Below are positions 41,275 to 51,580 of a stretch of DNA of 64,000 bases, one piece after another. The stretch lies in the NCBI GenBank assembly GCA_965214605.1, contig OZ243961.1:2880001-2944000 (forward strand), in the 5' to 3' direction. Source of the DNA: an uncultured Candidatus Binatia bacterium. GTDB lineage: Bacteria; Desulfobacterota; Binatia; Bin18. Both the position numbers and the translations under genes were made by a program. The notes below the pieces were generated by a model. The model had not been told where the DNA came from and made no database searches. It was given only the letters and a program-made list of their open reading frames with translations. Every line of letters starts with the position of its first letter. Positions within the stretch are counted from its first letter, which is position 1.

Positions 41275-42501
41275 ATGCAGTGCTTCTATCTTCTTATCGT
41301 CGTATTTTTTTTCTTCTCTCTGCCTTCTCCACAGCTCCCTGCACAGATTCCCATATTACAAGGACATCTTGTGGAGCGAAATCGCCTCAAGCATCTGGAA
41401 GAAATGGCTCGGCATCCCTCTAGCGAAGTCAGAGAGGGAATTGCTCTTAGTGCTTATCAGTCTGGAGAGGAGACGGCGAAAAAACTTTTTAGTATTCTGG
41501 TCAATGATTCCGCCCCTGCCGTGAAAAAGGCGGTGGCGTTTTATGCCAGCCTATTGGGAGGCGAAACCGGGGAGTATTTTCTGACCAGCCTGGCAAGTGA
41601 TCTTAGCCTTGATGTGAGAAAAGAAGTTGCTATCAGAGCCTCTGAACTAGGAGGCAAGGAGGGTGAAGCGGTTCTTGCCATTCTAGCTCGGGATGAAGAC
41701 CTGACGATTAGACGATTGGTCGCACAACACGTCGGCAAATTAGGAAACGAACGGGCGAGAAGCCTTGTGAACGTTCTTCTTCGGGACCAAGAAACACGGG
41801 TTCGCATAGATATCGCTCTCAATGCCCACCTCTTTGGCAAGGAACGAGCAGCTGAGCTGCTCTTCACTTTAGCCCATCCGGATGAAGATCCCTCGGTGAA
41901 AATCATAGCCGCTTCCAGCGCTTACAAACTGGGGGGTGAGCCGGCCGAAAGGGTACTCTCCCGTTTGGCCCTAGACTCAGACGCTCGAGTCAGGAAAGTG
42001 GTGGTGCTTCGTGCCTGCCAGTTGGGGGGCCAAGTGGGAGAGAAACTTTTCAGCACTCTGATTCGCGACCCGGACCCTGAAGTTCGGATGGAACTCGCCC
42101 GTCATGCCTGTCAATTAGGAGAGGAAAAGAAGGAAGGGATATTTCTCTCTTTGGCCAAGGACCCAAACCTAGAAGTGAGAAAAGCGGTGGCTTTCAGCCC
42201 CTATGATTTAGCTTGCAACAAAAAGGGAGACGATGTTGTGAGCGTTCTGCTTTTGGACCCGGCATCCGAAGTGAGAAAGGCGATGGCTCTTTATGCGACT
42301 CAACTAGGAGGGGTAGAGGGAGAAAGAATTTTGAGTATGCTCCTTTTGGACCCGGCATCCGAAGTGAGAAAAGATCTTATTGTCAGGGCTACCCAATTAG
42401 GAGGTGACGGGGGAAAAAGAATTCTTCAACGCCTGCTTCGCGACAGTGACCCTGAAGTGGTAAGAAAAGCCAAAGCGGCGCTTGCCCAATACCCAGTCTA
42501 G
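41275..42501 (+). CDS. Secreted HEAT-repeat protein
   Basis: Hydrophobic N-terminal leader, then about 12 repeats of about 31 aa (L..D....VR..A...A..LGG); visibly more AT/AGA-rich than neighbours. Confidence 0.85.
   Translation: MQCFYLLIVVFFFFSLPSPQLPAQIPILQGHLVERNRLKHLEEMARHPSSEVREGIALSAYQSGEETAKKLFSILVNDSAPAVKKAVAFYASLLGGETGEYFLTSLASDLSLDVRKEVAIRASELGGKEGEAVLAILARDEDLTIRRLVAQHVGKLGNERARSLVNVLLRDQETRVRIDIALNAHLFGKERAAELLFTLAHPDEDPSVKIIAASSAYKLGGEPAERVLSRLALDSDARVRKVVVLRACQLGGQVGEKLFSTLIRDPDPEVRMELARHACQLGEEKKEGIFLSLAKDPNLEVRKAVAFSPYDLACNKKGDDVVSVLLLDPASEVRKAMALYATQLGGVEGERILSMLLLDPASEVRKDLIVRATQLGGDGGKRILQRLLRDSDPEVVRKAKAALAQYPV
42250..42371 (+). repeat. 29-bp exact direct repeat at 93-bp period inside the HEAT gene
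   Basis: CTTTTGGACCCGGCATCCGAAGTGAGAAA at 42250-42278 and 42343-42371. Confidence 0.9.
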
Positions 42502-42512
42502 AGGAGGAAACT

Positions 42513-44213
42513 ATGGCCTATGATGTTGTGATTAAGAATGGCGCTGTTATTGATGGGACGGGCAAGTCGTCGTACCAGGCCGACGTGGCCGTTCTGGGCG
42601 ACCGGATTGCCGAGGTCGGGACAATTAGCGCTCCGGCAAAACGGACGATTGATGCCGAAGGGCATCTGGTGACGCCGGGTTTTATTGATATTCATACCCA
42701 TCTGGACGCCCAAATCAGCTGGGATCCGGTCGCGTCCTCGTCGTGCTGGCACGGCGTGACCTCGGTGGTGATGGGGAACTGCGGGGTCACTTTTGCTCCC
42801 TGCCATCCAAAAGACCGGGAATATTTGGCGCATCTGATGGAGTCGGTTGAGGACATCCCGGCTGAGAGCATTCTGAGCGGTATGCCGTGGACGTGGGAGA
42901 CGTATGGCGAATATTTACAGGCCCTCGACGTGCTGCCGAAAGGTGTCAACGTCGGCGGTCTCGTCGGCCACTGCGCGGTTCGCTATTGGGCTATGGGTGA
43001 AGAGAGCCTAGAGAACAGGCCGGCCGACCCTGAAGCAATCGCCCGCATGCGGGATATCGTCGAGGAGGCCATTGCTGGGGGGGCGCTGGGATTTTCCACA
43101 TCCCGAACCATTCTGCACCGGACACCGGAGGGCCAGCCGGTGCCCGGCACTTTTGCGACCACCGAAGAACTGATGGGTATCGCGAGCGCGCTGGGTAAGC
43201 TGGGATGCGGTGTGGTGGAAGCCGCTCCAGGCATTGATAGCGGGCAACCTGAGGATCTCAGACGCGAGGTGGACTGGATGACCGAGGTCAGCCTGGCGAC
43301 CGGCCGGCCAGTGACCTTTGGTCTGGCCCAGAGCCGTCCCCATCCGCAGGCATTTGCCGCCATGCTCGACCAGATCAGTGACAGCAATGCCCGCGGGGCT
43401 ACTGTCGTGGCCCAGTCAACAACTCGTGGCATCGGGGTGTTATTCGGCTTTGTGAACCGCACCCCGTTTGACCGAGCCCCGGCCTGGCGTGCTCTCCGTA
43501 CTCTGCGTCTCGACGAAAAAGTTGCCAAGCTGCGCACCCCCGAGTATCGCGCCACCATGATCGAACAAGCGCTGGCCGACCCACCGCCAATTGATTTTAG
43601 TCAGATCTTTGTCCTGTCCGAGGACGAAGCCCGCTATGACCACCAAGCCCATGACAGCCTGTACGCCCACGCCCAGCGGCTCGGCGTCAGCCCGGCCGAG
43701 GCCTTCATTCAGCTGTCTGTCGAGCGCGGCGGAAAAGCCCTGTTCAACTATCCCTTTTTGAACCCCCAGTTTGAGGCGGTGCAGAGCATGTTGGATCATC
43801 CGCACGTGGTGATTGGCCTGGGCGACTCCGGGGCTCACTGCGGACAGATCATGGATTCCAGCCTGCCGACCTATTTTCTCAAGCACTGGGCCCAGGAACG
43901 CGGGCACTTCACGGTAGAGCAGGCCATTCGCAAATTGACCGTAGACCCGGCCCAGCTGTTCGGGATTCAGGACCGGGGGGTGATTCGTCCCGGGGCATAT
44001 GCCGACCTCAACGTCATTGATTATGACAACCTGCACCTGCCGCCGCCGACCTTTGTGCATGACTTCCCGGCCGGGGCTGGCCGCTACATCCAGCAGTCGT
44101 CCGGCTACAAAAATACCCTGGTCAACGGTCAGGTCTTTATGGAAGGTCTGGAGCACTCCGGCGCCCTAGCTGGCCGGGTGTTGCGCAGCACCTCGTCAGA
44201 ACTGGCCCGCTAG
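42513..44213 (+). CDS. N-acyl-D-amino-acid deacylase-like amidohydrolase
   Basis: PGFIDIHTHLD, HGVTSVVMGNCG, GLGDSGAH and DRGVIRPGAYADLNVID. Confidence 0.92.
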   Translation: MAYDVVIKNGAVIDGTGKSSYQADVAVLGDRIAEVGTISAPAKRTIDAEGHLVTPGFIDIHTHLDAQISWDPVASSSCWHGVTSVVMGNCGVTFAPCHPKDREYLAHLMESVEDIPAESILSGMPWTWETYGEYLQALDVLPKGVNVGGLVGHCAVRYWAMGEESLENRPADPEAIARMRDIVEEAIAGGALGFSTSRTILHRTPEGQPVPGTFATTEELMGIASALGKLGCGVVEAAPGIDSGQPEDLRREVDWMTEVSLATGRPVTFGLAQSRPHPQAFAAMLDQISDSNARGATVVAQSTTRGIGVLFGFVNRTPFDRAPAWRALRTLRLDEKVAKLRTPEYRATMIEQALADPPPIDFSQIFVLSEDEARYDHQAHDSLYAHAQRLGVSPAEAFIQLSVERGGKALFNYPFLNPQFEAVQSMLDHPHVVIGLGDSGAHCGQIMDSSLPTYFLKHWAQERGHFTVEQAIRKLTVDPAQLFGIQDRGVIRPGAYADLNVIDYDNLHLPPPTFVHDFPAGAGRYIQQSSGYKNTLVNGQVFMEGLEHSGALAGRVLRSTSSELAR

Positions 44214-44236
44214 CCAGAGATGAAACCCCCCTTAAC

Positions 44237-44277
44237 GAAGCCATGTCCCGGCTATATCGAGCTTGGGACATGGCTTC
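44237..44277. terminator. Long hairpin after the amidohydrolase
   Basis: 13-bp perfect stem GAAGCCATGTCCC / GGGACATGGCTTC. Confidence 0.55.
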
Positions 44278-44648
44278 CCCGTCGCTTGTCTGTTGTTCAT
44301 CGTCCGCAGCAGGCTGATGAAGACATCCCCTAGTCCCTCACACTTCTCTCACTTCCAGACGATCCCGGTGCCTATTGCGAGGAGAAAATAATCGACCTCG
44401 TCTTGCAGTGTGTCCCTCTCCGACACCTTACGAGACGTGCGGGAGATTGCCTGTTGCCTTCCCACTGCCCTTGATCTCGAAACGTGAGCCCCCCTTCTTG
44501 TGCTTTGGAAGCGCGCGTCTTTGAGAAAACGGGGAAAGTCGGCGACAGACAGAGCGGACGGGGTGAGGATCCCCTTGTCTGTGGCGTCTCGATGTTTACC
44601 GATTGCTCTCTGCCCCCGCACCTTTTCCGGCAATGACCACCGTGCATG

Positions 44649-44830
44649 TATAATCCATCGGTCTGCCAAACGAGGCAAAAGGCAGGCCCGTAGCGCCCGA
44701 TGTGGTGCTGCTGGGCGCGTTCCGCTCTCGGAATGACTGCTATTGGGAGGTCGAACTCCCAGCCTCACCCGCACTTCGGTTGGAGACATCGGGTCATTCC
44801 AAAATGAGAGTCTGCCTGTCGGCTGCACCA
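44649..44830 (+). ncRNA. Candidate multi-stem structured RNA
   Basis: TATAAT at 44649 followed by nested stems and possible pseudoknot pairings (see finding); family not recognised. Confidence 0.3.
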
Positions 44831-45090
44831 CCGATTGCTCGACGGTCTCTCTGTCAGGGGTGTCATCACCGTCCGCTCTCCACTGACCAAAAACTGGTCG
44901 TGTTGACGGAAAATAGCAGAAAAATCGGGGAGGCGGATGAGCCGAAAATCAGTTTCGCGCCTGCGAGGTATTGGAAATATCGCCAAGGGACCGCAGAGAG
45001 GCCCAGCAAAGTCTGCCGGCCTTGCGCAAGTTGGGCGAGAACGCTATTGAGGAGGCCTAGCCTGATAAGCGTAAATGAGGAGGGCAAGGT

Positions 45091-45462
45091 ATGGGTCAGC
45101 AGCCAAGCCGTGGCCTGGGACACGCAATTATCTTAGGGACAGCCGTGATCGGCATGTGTCTCGTTGCTCTGGGCGGGGTCGCCGCTCAGGAAGGGTATCC
45201 CGAGGGGTACAGCCCGTCGGAGCCGGCCGCTGAGGGTGAGACCAACGTGTTGGCCCGTTTTGCGTCTGTCTCTACCTATATGACGGATAAACTTGAAGCC
45301 GCCGGCGGCAATGACTCGCCCATTTGCTATCGCAACTGTCTTACCGTCCCGATCAATGACATTCTCGACTGTCTGGAAAAAAACAATACCTATGCAACCA
45401 GCGAGTCGTGCGAGCTGGACGCGGTCAATAAAATGGCGGCCTGTGACCCCACCTGCCAATGA
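45091..45462 (+). CDS. Small secreted Cys-rich hypothetical protein
   Basis: GAGGAGG RBS, signal-peptide-like N-terminus, six Cys in the C-terminal half (CYRNC..C..C..CDPTC). Confidence 0.7.
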   Translation: MGQQPSRGLGHAIILGTAVIGMCLVALGGVAAQEGYPEGYSPSEPAAEGETNVLARFASVSTYMTDKLEAAGGNDSPICYRNCLTVPINDILDCLEKNNTYATSESCELDAVNKMAACDPTCQ

Positions 45463-45470
45463 CCGCCGAC

Positions 45471-46526
45471 TCAGCCAAAATGGGGTATGACGTCCCGGGC
45501 GAAGCGCTCCATTGAGCGAAGCGTATCTTGGTGACCGAAATGGCCGAAGTTGAAATACAGAATGACCTCTTCAATACCGGCCGCTTCACACTGCTTAAGG
45601 GTCCTAATACACGCTTCGGCATCTCCGGTGACAATACTGCGCTCCCCGACCTGCTCGGGTTGCATGTTCTTGAGCCGCTCGACAATATCGGCAAAATAGG
45701 CAATGTGGGGAGGCGCGGAGGCGCGGTCGGCGGGAAAGGCTGGCAGGATCGCTTTGAGATAGCGCAAGAGGCGGGCTTTGGTTTGGAGAGCCTCGGTTGG
45801 ACTATCGACCACATTGACAAAATAGGAGCACTTGGCCCGGGCGTCCGTATGCCCGGCCTCGGCAGCTAGCCCTTTATAGGTCTGGACGGCTTCGCCAACA
45901 CTCCCGAACATCATGGCCGCGGCAAAGGGAGCAAAGAGTGTGTGGAAGCCCTTGTCCGCCGCCATTTCAACAGTCGGACGGCTGAAACAGGCTACATAAA
46001 TGGGCGGGTGCGGCCGCTGGACGGGCCGCGGCACACAGCTCACCGGCTCCGGCAGTTCATAGAACTGCCCGTGGTAGGTGAACGCTTCTTGCGTCCAGGC
46101 CACCCGTAGGAGTTCCAACCCCTCGGCAAAACGGTCGCGGCTTTCCTCAAACGGCGTGGCCAGGGCATCGTACTCGCGCTTATCATAGCCCCGGCCAGCT
46201 GAGAATACAGCCCGGCCCTGACTGAGCAGGTCGAGCAGGGCAAAGTCTTCGGCCACCCGTAGGGGATGGTGGCAGGGCAGCAGCACGGTGGCCGGAGCCA
46301 GTTTGATGCGGTTGGTCTGGGCGGCCAGGTGCGACAAGAAAACGGCCGGGGCGGGTAAGCAGCCAAACAGCCCAAAGTGGTGTTCCGGCACCCAGGCCGA
46401 GTTGTAGCCCAACTCTTCGGCAACCTGGCACTCTCTGAGTACCTCGCACAGGAACTGGTTTGGGTCGCGCCGGTTGACACCATAGGCGGGTGGATTATCG
46501 GTCAGAGTGAAATAGCCGAATTTCAT
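45471..46526 (-). CDS. Luciferase-like (LLM) flavin monooxygenase
   Basis: MKFGYF, AEELGYNSAWVPEHHF, HPLRVAEDFALLDLLS and PVQRPHPPIYVA. Confidence 0.92.
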   Translation of the reverse strand: MKFGYFTLTDNPPAYGVNRRDPNQFLCEVLRECQVAEELGYNSAWVPEHHFGLFGCLPAPAVFLSHLAAQTNRIKLAPATVLLPCHHPLRVAEDFALLDLLSQGRAVFSAGRGYDKREYDALATPFEESRDRFAEGLELLRVAWTQEAFTYHGQFYELPEPVSCVPRPVQRPHPPIYVACFSRPTVEMAADKGFHTLFAPFAAAMMFGSVGEAVQTYKGLAAEAGHTDARAKCSYFVNVVDSPTEALQTKARLLRYLKAILPAFPADRASAPPHIAYFADIVERLKNMQPEQVGERSIVTGDAEACIRTLKQCEAAGIEEVILYFNFGHFGHQDTLRSMERFARDVIPHFG

Positions 46527-46571
46527 ACAGTCAGTTTCAATCCTCGTCTCGCCCGTAGGGTTGGGGACTCC

Positions 46572-46594
46572 GACAGGGGCAACCTGCCCCTGTC
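46572..46594 (-). terminator. Hairpin downstream of the GST gene
   Basis: GACAGGGGCA-ACC-TGCCCCTGTC. Confidence 0.5.
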
Positions 46595-46601
46595 AGACTA
46601 C

Positions 46602-47255
46602 TTAGCCGCCCTGCTGCTGTTTTTGCAGCGCCTCTAAAGCGGCTCCCTGCTCGGCCAAAACTCTCTTGGTCGAGTCCCGCTCTTGAATTTTTCCCCACCA
46701 GGCGGCCAGTTTCGGACGTCCTTCGATCGCCGGTTTTTGGCCAAAGGCGGGCAAGAAGGTGTTCATAAAGAAAATCGTCGGTGTGAGCGCGGCGTCGGCC
46801 AGGCTGAAGTCAGCCCCGGCTGCCCAGCCCTCATCCGACAATTGTAATTCAAGGTGGTCGAGTCGGCCCTGAATCTCGGCCATTTTCTCGTCAATAAAAC
46901 TCTGCTCAAGATCCTGGCCGAACAGTTTCGGAAAGCAGGCCCGCAGTGGTGGATCAAGATAGAGGTCGTGCAGACGGGTGAAACTGCGCACCTTGGCGCG
47001 CTCTTCGGGGTCCTGAGGCAACAGCGGCTTGTCCGGAAACTTGTCTTCGAAGTATTCGTTGATGAGTTCGGATTCGGCGATGATCTGGCTGCCGGTATCG
47101 AGCGCGGGGACTTTGCCCAAGGGGTTGATCTTCTTGTACTCGTCAGACCCCATCCCGCCGGGCGGTTCGGTTAGTTCGATATCCAGGCCCTTTTCATAGG
47201 CGGCGACGCGACATTTTGAGGCGAAATTGCTAAGTGGTACGCTGTAGAGCTTCAT
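46602..47255 (-). CDS. Glutathione S-transferase family protein
   Basis: MKLYS, INPLGKVPAL, ES and FSLADAAL; AGGAGG RBS. Confidence 0.92.
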   Translation of the reverse strand: MKLYSVPLSNFASKCRVAAYEKGLDIELTEPPGGMGSDEYKKINPLGKVPALDTGSQIIAESELINEYFEDKFPDKPLLPQDPEERAKVRSFTRLHDLYLDPPLRACFPKLFGQDLEQSFIDEKMAEIQGRLDHLELQLSDEGWAAGADFSLADAALTPTIFFMNTFLPAFGQKPAIEGRPKLAAWWGKIQERDSTKRVLAEQGAALEALQKQQQGG

Positions 47256-47769
47256 GCTTCCTCCTGATATATGGCGGTGTTCGGGAAATATAAGAGAATT
47301 GGCACTAAAACTATCCTGCACTGCGCGTGCGAAGTCAAGCACGAATTCAGGTTGCGAGTGTGTGAAAAGTGGTGATAGGACAGGCGCACGATGGGTGTCG
47401 TACGCAGCTTAGTACCCCCTTGGGCGGTCTTCTCCTGTGGGGGACCTTTACCCCGTCTGCGGCGCCGGCACGCATCACGCCCACATTAAGGTCAGCCGAG
47501 TTGACTCTCCGACCTTTGAGGGGCGGAGCGGTGGCACGGTTGAGTTGATAAGAAAAGTTGGGGCTGAGCGTTTGGTGTAGGTGCTCCTGTTCTCTCGCCA
47601 GACCTGGGCCTGTCCCGGGCTCCAGCGAGTGGGCCTCCGTCAACAGGCGCTCTGTCGCTGGGCTCCAAGACAGGGGTTGCTCTTGGCAGAAGATGCCGCG
47701 GCGTATATTGCTGATGAGAAGCACAAGGCGTACTCCGTCCGCGACTAAACGGCCGTCAAGGAGGATTGC

Positions 47770-48810
47770 GTGGAGTTTGGTTTATTTTCGCTGTTTGACT
47801 TTTTCCCCGATCGTCAGAATGAGGTCCAGTACTACCGCGACACGCTCGACGTTGCTGTTGCCGCCGAGCAACTCGGCTTTGACTCGGTGTGGTTTGGCGA
47901 GGAGCACTTTTATGCGTTTGGGATTTGTCCCAGCCCTCAGTTATTTCTGACCGCGCTAGCGCGGGAAACGTCCCGGATTCGTTTAGGGACCTCCATCAGC
48001 CTGCTGCCGTTTGAAAATCCGTTGCGCAAAGCCGAAGACTTTGCCATGCTCGATATCCTGAGCGACGGACGGCTGAATTTCGGGGTTGGACGCGGCCTTA
48101 TTCAGAAGCACTTTGAAGGATTTGGGATCAAGCCGCAGGAGAGTCGCGCGCGCTACGAGGAGTCCTTAGAGATTATCCGTCGAGCCTGGACCCAAGACCC
48201 GGTGGAGTATCAGGGAGAGTTTTGGCGCGTCCCGTCCCTCTCCCTGAGTCCCAAGCCGTTTCAAAAACCCCACCCGCCGATCTATCGGGGCACGATCAGT
48301 CCCGAGTCGTACGAAAGTGCCGCCGTTGCCGGAGACAACGCCTTTGTGGTGCCGTGGTTGACCGCTCCGCACCCCAAGGTCAGAAAGCGCGTTGAGGACT
48401 ACCGCCGTCTGCTCAAAGAACACGGCCATGGGCAAAAACGGATGACGTTCATCTTCTGGCTGTTTGTCGACCCCGATCATAACCGCGCCATTCGTGAGGG
48501 GCGAGAGGCGATCCGTGCCTATACCAATCTGTTCACCTCGTTCGTGCCGCCCGAGCTGATGAGTCGGATGAAAGCCGACGATCCGCTCAAAACCTTCTTT
48601 AAGTTTGTCCGGGCTATGCCCGATCAAATCGAACAGCGGGCCGTGGTTGGGACTCCGGCAGCGTGCCGGCGACGTTTGACCGAACTGAACGAGGAGTTTG
48701 GTTTAGACCAGGTCGCGTTTTATTTTCACGCCGGAGGCCGAGATATCGGCCGTGTCAAGGCCGGGCTGGAGTTGTTTGCCAGGGAAGTCATGCCAGAGTT
48801 CAGGCCGTAG
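47770..48810 (+). CDS. Luciferase-like (LLM) flavin monooxygenase
   Basis: AEQLGFDSVWFGEEHF, PLRKAEDFAMLDILSDGR and PKPFQKPHPPI. Confidence 0.92.
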   Translation: MEFGLFSLFDFFPDRQNEVQYYRDTLDVAVAAEQLGFDSVWFGEEHFYAFGICPSPQLFLTALARETSRIRLGTSISLLPFENPLRKAEDFAMLDILSDGRLNFGVGRGLIQKHFEGFGIKPQESRARYEESLEIIRRAWTQDPVEYQGEFWRVPSLSLSPKPFQKPHPPIYRGTISPESYESAAVAGDNAFVVPWLTAPHPKVRKRVEDYRRLLKEHGHGQKRMTFIFWLFVDPDHNRAIREGREAIRAYTNLFTSFVPPELMSRMKADDPLKTFFKFVRAMPDQIEQRAVVGTPAACRRRLTELNEEFGLDQVAFYFHAGGRDIGRVKAGLELFAREVMPEFRP

Positions 48811-48835
48811 AAGTGATTCCTAAGGAGGGAGTACG

Positions 48836-49615
48836 ATGTTGCTGAAGGATAAGATCGCGATTGTCACCGGGATCGGGACCGGTATGGGCAAGGCTATCGC
48901 TTTACGCTACGCCAAGGAAGGCGCCCATGTGGTGGGGGCTGAGATTGACGAGACGAGCGGACAGCAGACCGCGGCCGAGGTTGACGTGCATGACCGGCGC
49001 GGCCTGTTTGTCAAGACCGATATGGGCAAGCTTGACGAGATCAAGGCGATGGTCGCCACAGCCGTGGCGACCTTTGGGCAGATTGATATTCTGGTCAATA
49101 ATGCCGGGGTGACCCGGAGTCTGGGCTTTTTTGATGTCACCGAAGAAGACTGGGACTGGATTCATTCGGTGAATGCCAAGGGGGTCTTCTTCTGCATGCA
49201 GGAGGTGGCCCGCGAGATGGTCAAGCGGAACGAGGGGCGCATCGTCAACATCGCCTCCATTGCCGGCAAGGGATTTCGCGGCACGTCGAATATCTCATAT
49301 GCCGGCTCCAAGGGGGCAGTCCTTGCCATGACCCGGATCGGCGCCTCGCAGCTGGCCAAGCACAATATTAACGTCAACGCCATCTGTCCCGGCGCAACCC
49401 GTACCAGCCTGTACGAGCGGGTGATGGATCAACTCACCGAGCGTGAGGGCATCAGCAAGGCCGAGGCGATTGCACGCATGGACGCCTCGATTCCGCTCAA
49501 ACGCTCAAACACCCCGGAGGACATCGCCAATATGGCCGCCTTCTTGGCCTCGGACGAGGCCCGCAATATCACTGGTCAGTCTTTCAATGTCGACGGCGGC
49601 TTGATGTGGGACTAA
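48836..49615 (+). CDS. Short-chain dehydrogenase/reductase
   Basis: TGIGTGMG, NNAG, YAGSK and ITGQSFNVDGG. Confidence 0.93.
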   Translation: MLLKDKIAIVTGIGTGMGKAIALRYAKEGAHVVGAEIDETSGQQTAAEVDVHDRRGLFVKTDMGKLDEIKAMVATAVATFGQIDILVNNAGVTRSLGFFDVTEEDWDWIHSVNAKGVFFCMQEVAREMVKRNEGRIVNIASIAGKGFRGTSNISYAGSKGAVLAMTRIGASQLAKHNINVNAICPGATRTSLYERVMDQLTEREGISKAEAIARMDASIPLKRSNTPEDIANMAAFLASDEARNITGQSFNVDGGLMWD

Positions 49616-49633
49616 CTCAAGAGATCGTTGACG

Positions 49634-50320
49634 GTGTTGCTCTCAGGATAGGAGCATTGTCACCGGGATGCGGTATAGGGAAGGCGCCCATGTGGGAGGT
49701 CGCGATTGATGAGGCGAGTGGACGGCAGACCGCGGCGGAGGTCTAGCACCGAAGGGCGGGGGCGGCACGTTTGTCAAGACCGATATGGGCAAGCCTGACG
49801 AGATCAAGGTGATGGTCGCCGTGCTGACCTTTGGACAGATTGACATTGTGGTCAATAAGGCCGGGAAGGCTCGGAAGTCACCGACCTTTCCGCTGTGACT
49901 GAGAAAGACTAGGACCGGATGCATTCGGTGAAGGGGAGCTTCTTCTGCGGGCAGAAAGTGGTCCGCGAGACGGCCAAGCGGAACGAGGGGCGCATCGTTA
50001 ACATCGCCTCCATTGTCGACAAGGGGCTCCGGGTCACAGCGATTACTATGACCCGGCTCGGCCCTGGCAACTGGCCAAGCACAATGCCGTCTGCCCTGGT
50101 GTGGCCCGCACCGGTCTCTATGAGCGGGCGATTGACCAGCACACTGAACCGAAAGGTCTCAGCGAGGCCGAGGCGATTGCACGCATGGACGCCCCGATTC
50201 CGCTCCTCACCCCTCTTCCCCGGCGGACATCGCCACTATGGCCGCCTTCTTGGCCCCGGATGAGGCCCGCAGTATCACGAGCCAGGCTTTCAGTGACGAC
50301 GGCGGCTTGCTGTGGGACCG
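49634..50320 (+). pseudogene. Degraded tandem duplicate of the upstream SDR gene
   Basis: Collinear nucleotide matches to 48836-49615 (GTTTGTCAAGACCGATATGGGCAAGC, AAGCGGAACGAGGGGCGCATCGT, GCCGAGGCGATTGCACGCATGGACGCC) broken by many indels. Confidence 0.9.
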
Positions 50321-50344
50321 ACAAACTGAGTTGGAGGAAAATTC

Positions 50345-51565
50345 ATGGCTCAAGGAATGGATCATCTACTGTCTGACTTACGCGTTCTTGATCTAACCCG
50401 CGCCTTAGCCGGCCCGAGCTGTACCCGGATGCTGGTGGAAATGGGGGCCGAGGTCATCAAGGTTGAGCCCGCTCCGAACGGGGATATGGTCCGCAGTATC
50501 TCGGTCTTCCGCAATGACCGCAGCCTGTACTACGTCCAGCAGAACCGGGGCAAAAAGAGTCTGTGCGTCAATCTGCGTGACCCCCAAGGGCTGGCGCTAG
50601 TGGCCGAACTCATCCCTCAGGTGGACGTGGTGGTCGAGAATTTTAAGCCCGGGGTGATTGCCAATATGGGGCTGGGCTATGAACGGCTCAAGGAGCTGAA
50701 GTCCGATATCATCCTGTGCTCCATCTCGGCCCTGGGCCAGAGTGGCCCGCTGGCCGATACGCCTGGCTACGATTACATTGCCCAGGCCTACTCGGGAGTC
50801 ACGTCAATGATCGGTGAGCCGGACGACGCTCCATATATTCCGCTGGTCGGGCTGGGCGATGTCAGCACCGGCGTCCACGCTGCCCTGGCGATTGTGTCGG
50901 CCCTGCGCTATCGCGACCGCACAGGGATTGGCCAGCATTTGGATATCGCACTGCTCGACGTCTACTACCACTACCACGAGGCCAATGTCGAAACCTATAG
51001 CGGTAGTGGCGGGGAAATCGAACCGACCCGTAGCGGCCGCTATATGACCTATGCCTGCCCGTGTGGGGTGTTTCGAGGCAAGGGTGGCTATCTGGTCATC
51101 ATGGCCCTGCTGCACCACTGGAAGGATTTGTGTAAGGCGCTGGGCAGAGACGAACTGGCCACCCATCCGGACTACATCACCGACGTCAAACGGCTCGAAC
51201 GGCGTGACCAGATCGTCACGATGGTTGAGGACTGGCTCCAGACCTTCCCCGATATGCCGAGTGCCGTCAAGTGTTTGGAGCAGCACGGGGTGCCGGTTGC
51301 ACCAGTGCTATCGGTAGCCGAAACAGTCCATCATCCTCATCACCGGGCCCGAGGAACTGTGCGGACGGTCACCGATCCATTGCACGGTGAGTTTGAGATA
51401 CCGGGTATGCCGCTCAAGTTCTCGGAATTTCCCGAGCCGCTGCCGCTAGTGGCGCCTACGCTCGGACAGCACAATGAAGAGATCCTCACCACCTCTCTGG
51501 GCCGCTCAGCGGAAGATGTCCAGAAGCTGCGCGAGGCGGGCGTGTTACTGGAGAAGAATAGCTGA
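50345..51565 (+). CDS. Class III (CaiB/BaiF) CoA-transferase
   Basis: RVLDLTRALAGP, MGAEVIKVE, NRGKKS, VENFKPG, GLGDVSTG and APTLGQHN. Confidence 0.93.
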   Translation: MAQGMDHLLSDLRVLDLTRALAGPSCTRMLVEMGAEVIKVEPAPNGDMVRSISVFRNDRSLYYVQQNRGKKSLCVNLRDPQGLALVAELIPQVDVVVENFKPGVIANMGLGYERLKELKSDIILCSISALGQSGPLADTPGYDYIAQAYSGVTSMIGEPDDAPYIPLVGLGDVSTGVHAALAIVSALRYRDRTGIGQHLDIALLDVYYHYHEANVETYSGSGGEIEPTRSGRYMTYACPCGVFRGKGGYLVIMALLHHWKDLCKALGRDELATHPDYITDVKRLERRDQIVTMVEDWLQTFPDMPSAVKCLEQHGVPVAPVLSVAETVHHPHHRARGTVRTVTDPLHGEFEIPGMPLKFSEFPEPLPLVAPTLGQHNEEILTTSLGRSAEDVQKLREAGVLLEKNS

Positions 51566-51580
51566 ATGAAGGAGTGCCGT

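Noticed and set aside
44740-44830. tRNA remnant (GGGAGTTCGACCTCCC on the minus strand; ...GCACCA on the plus strand)
   Set aside because: The loop is 6 nt, the two motifs are on opposite strands and no cloverleaf forms.
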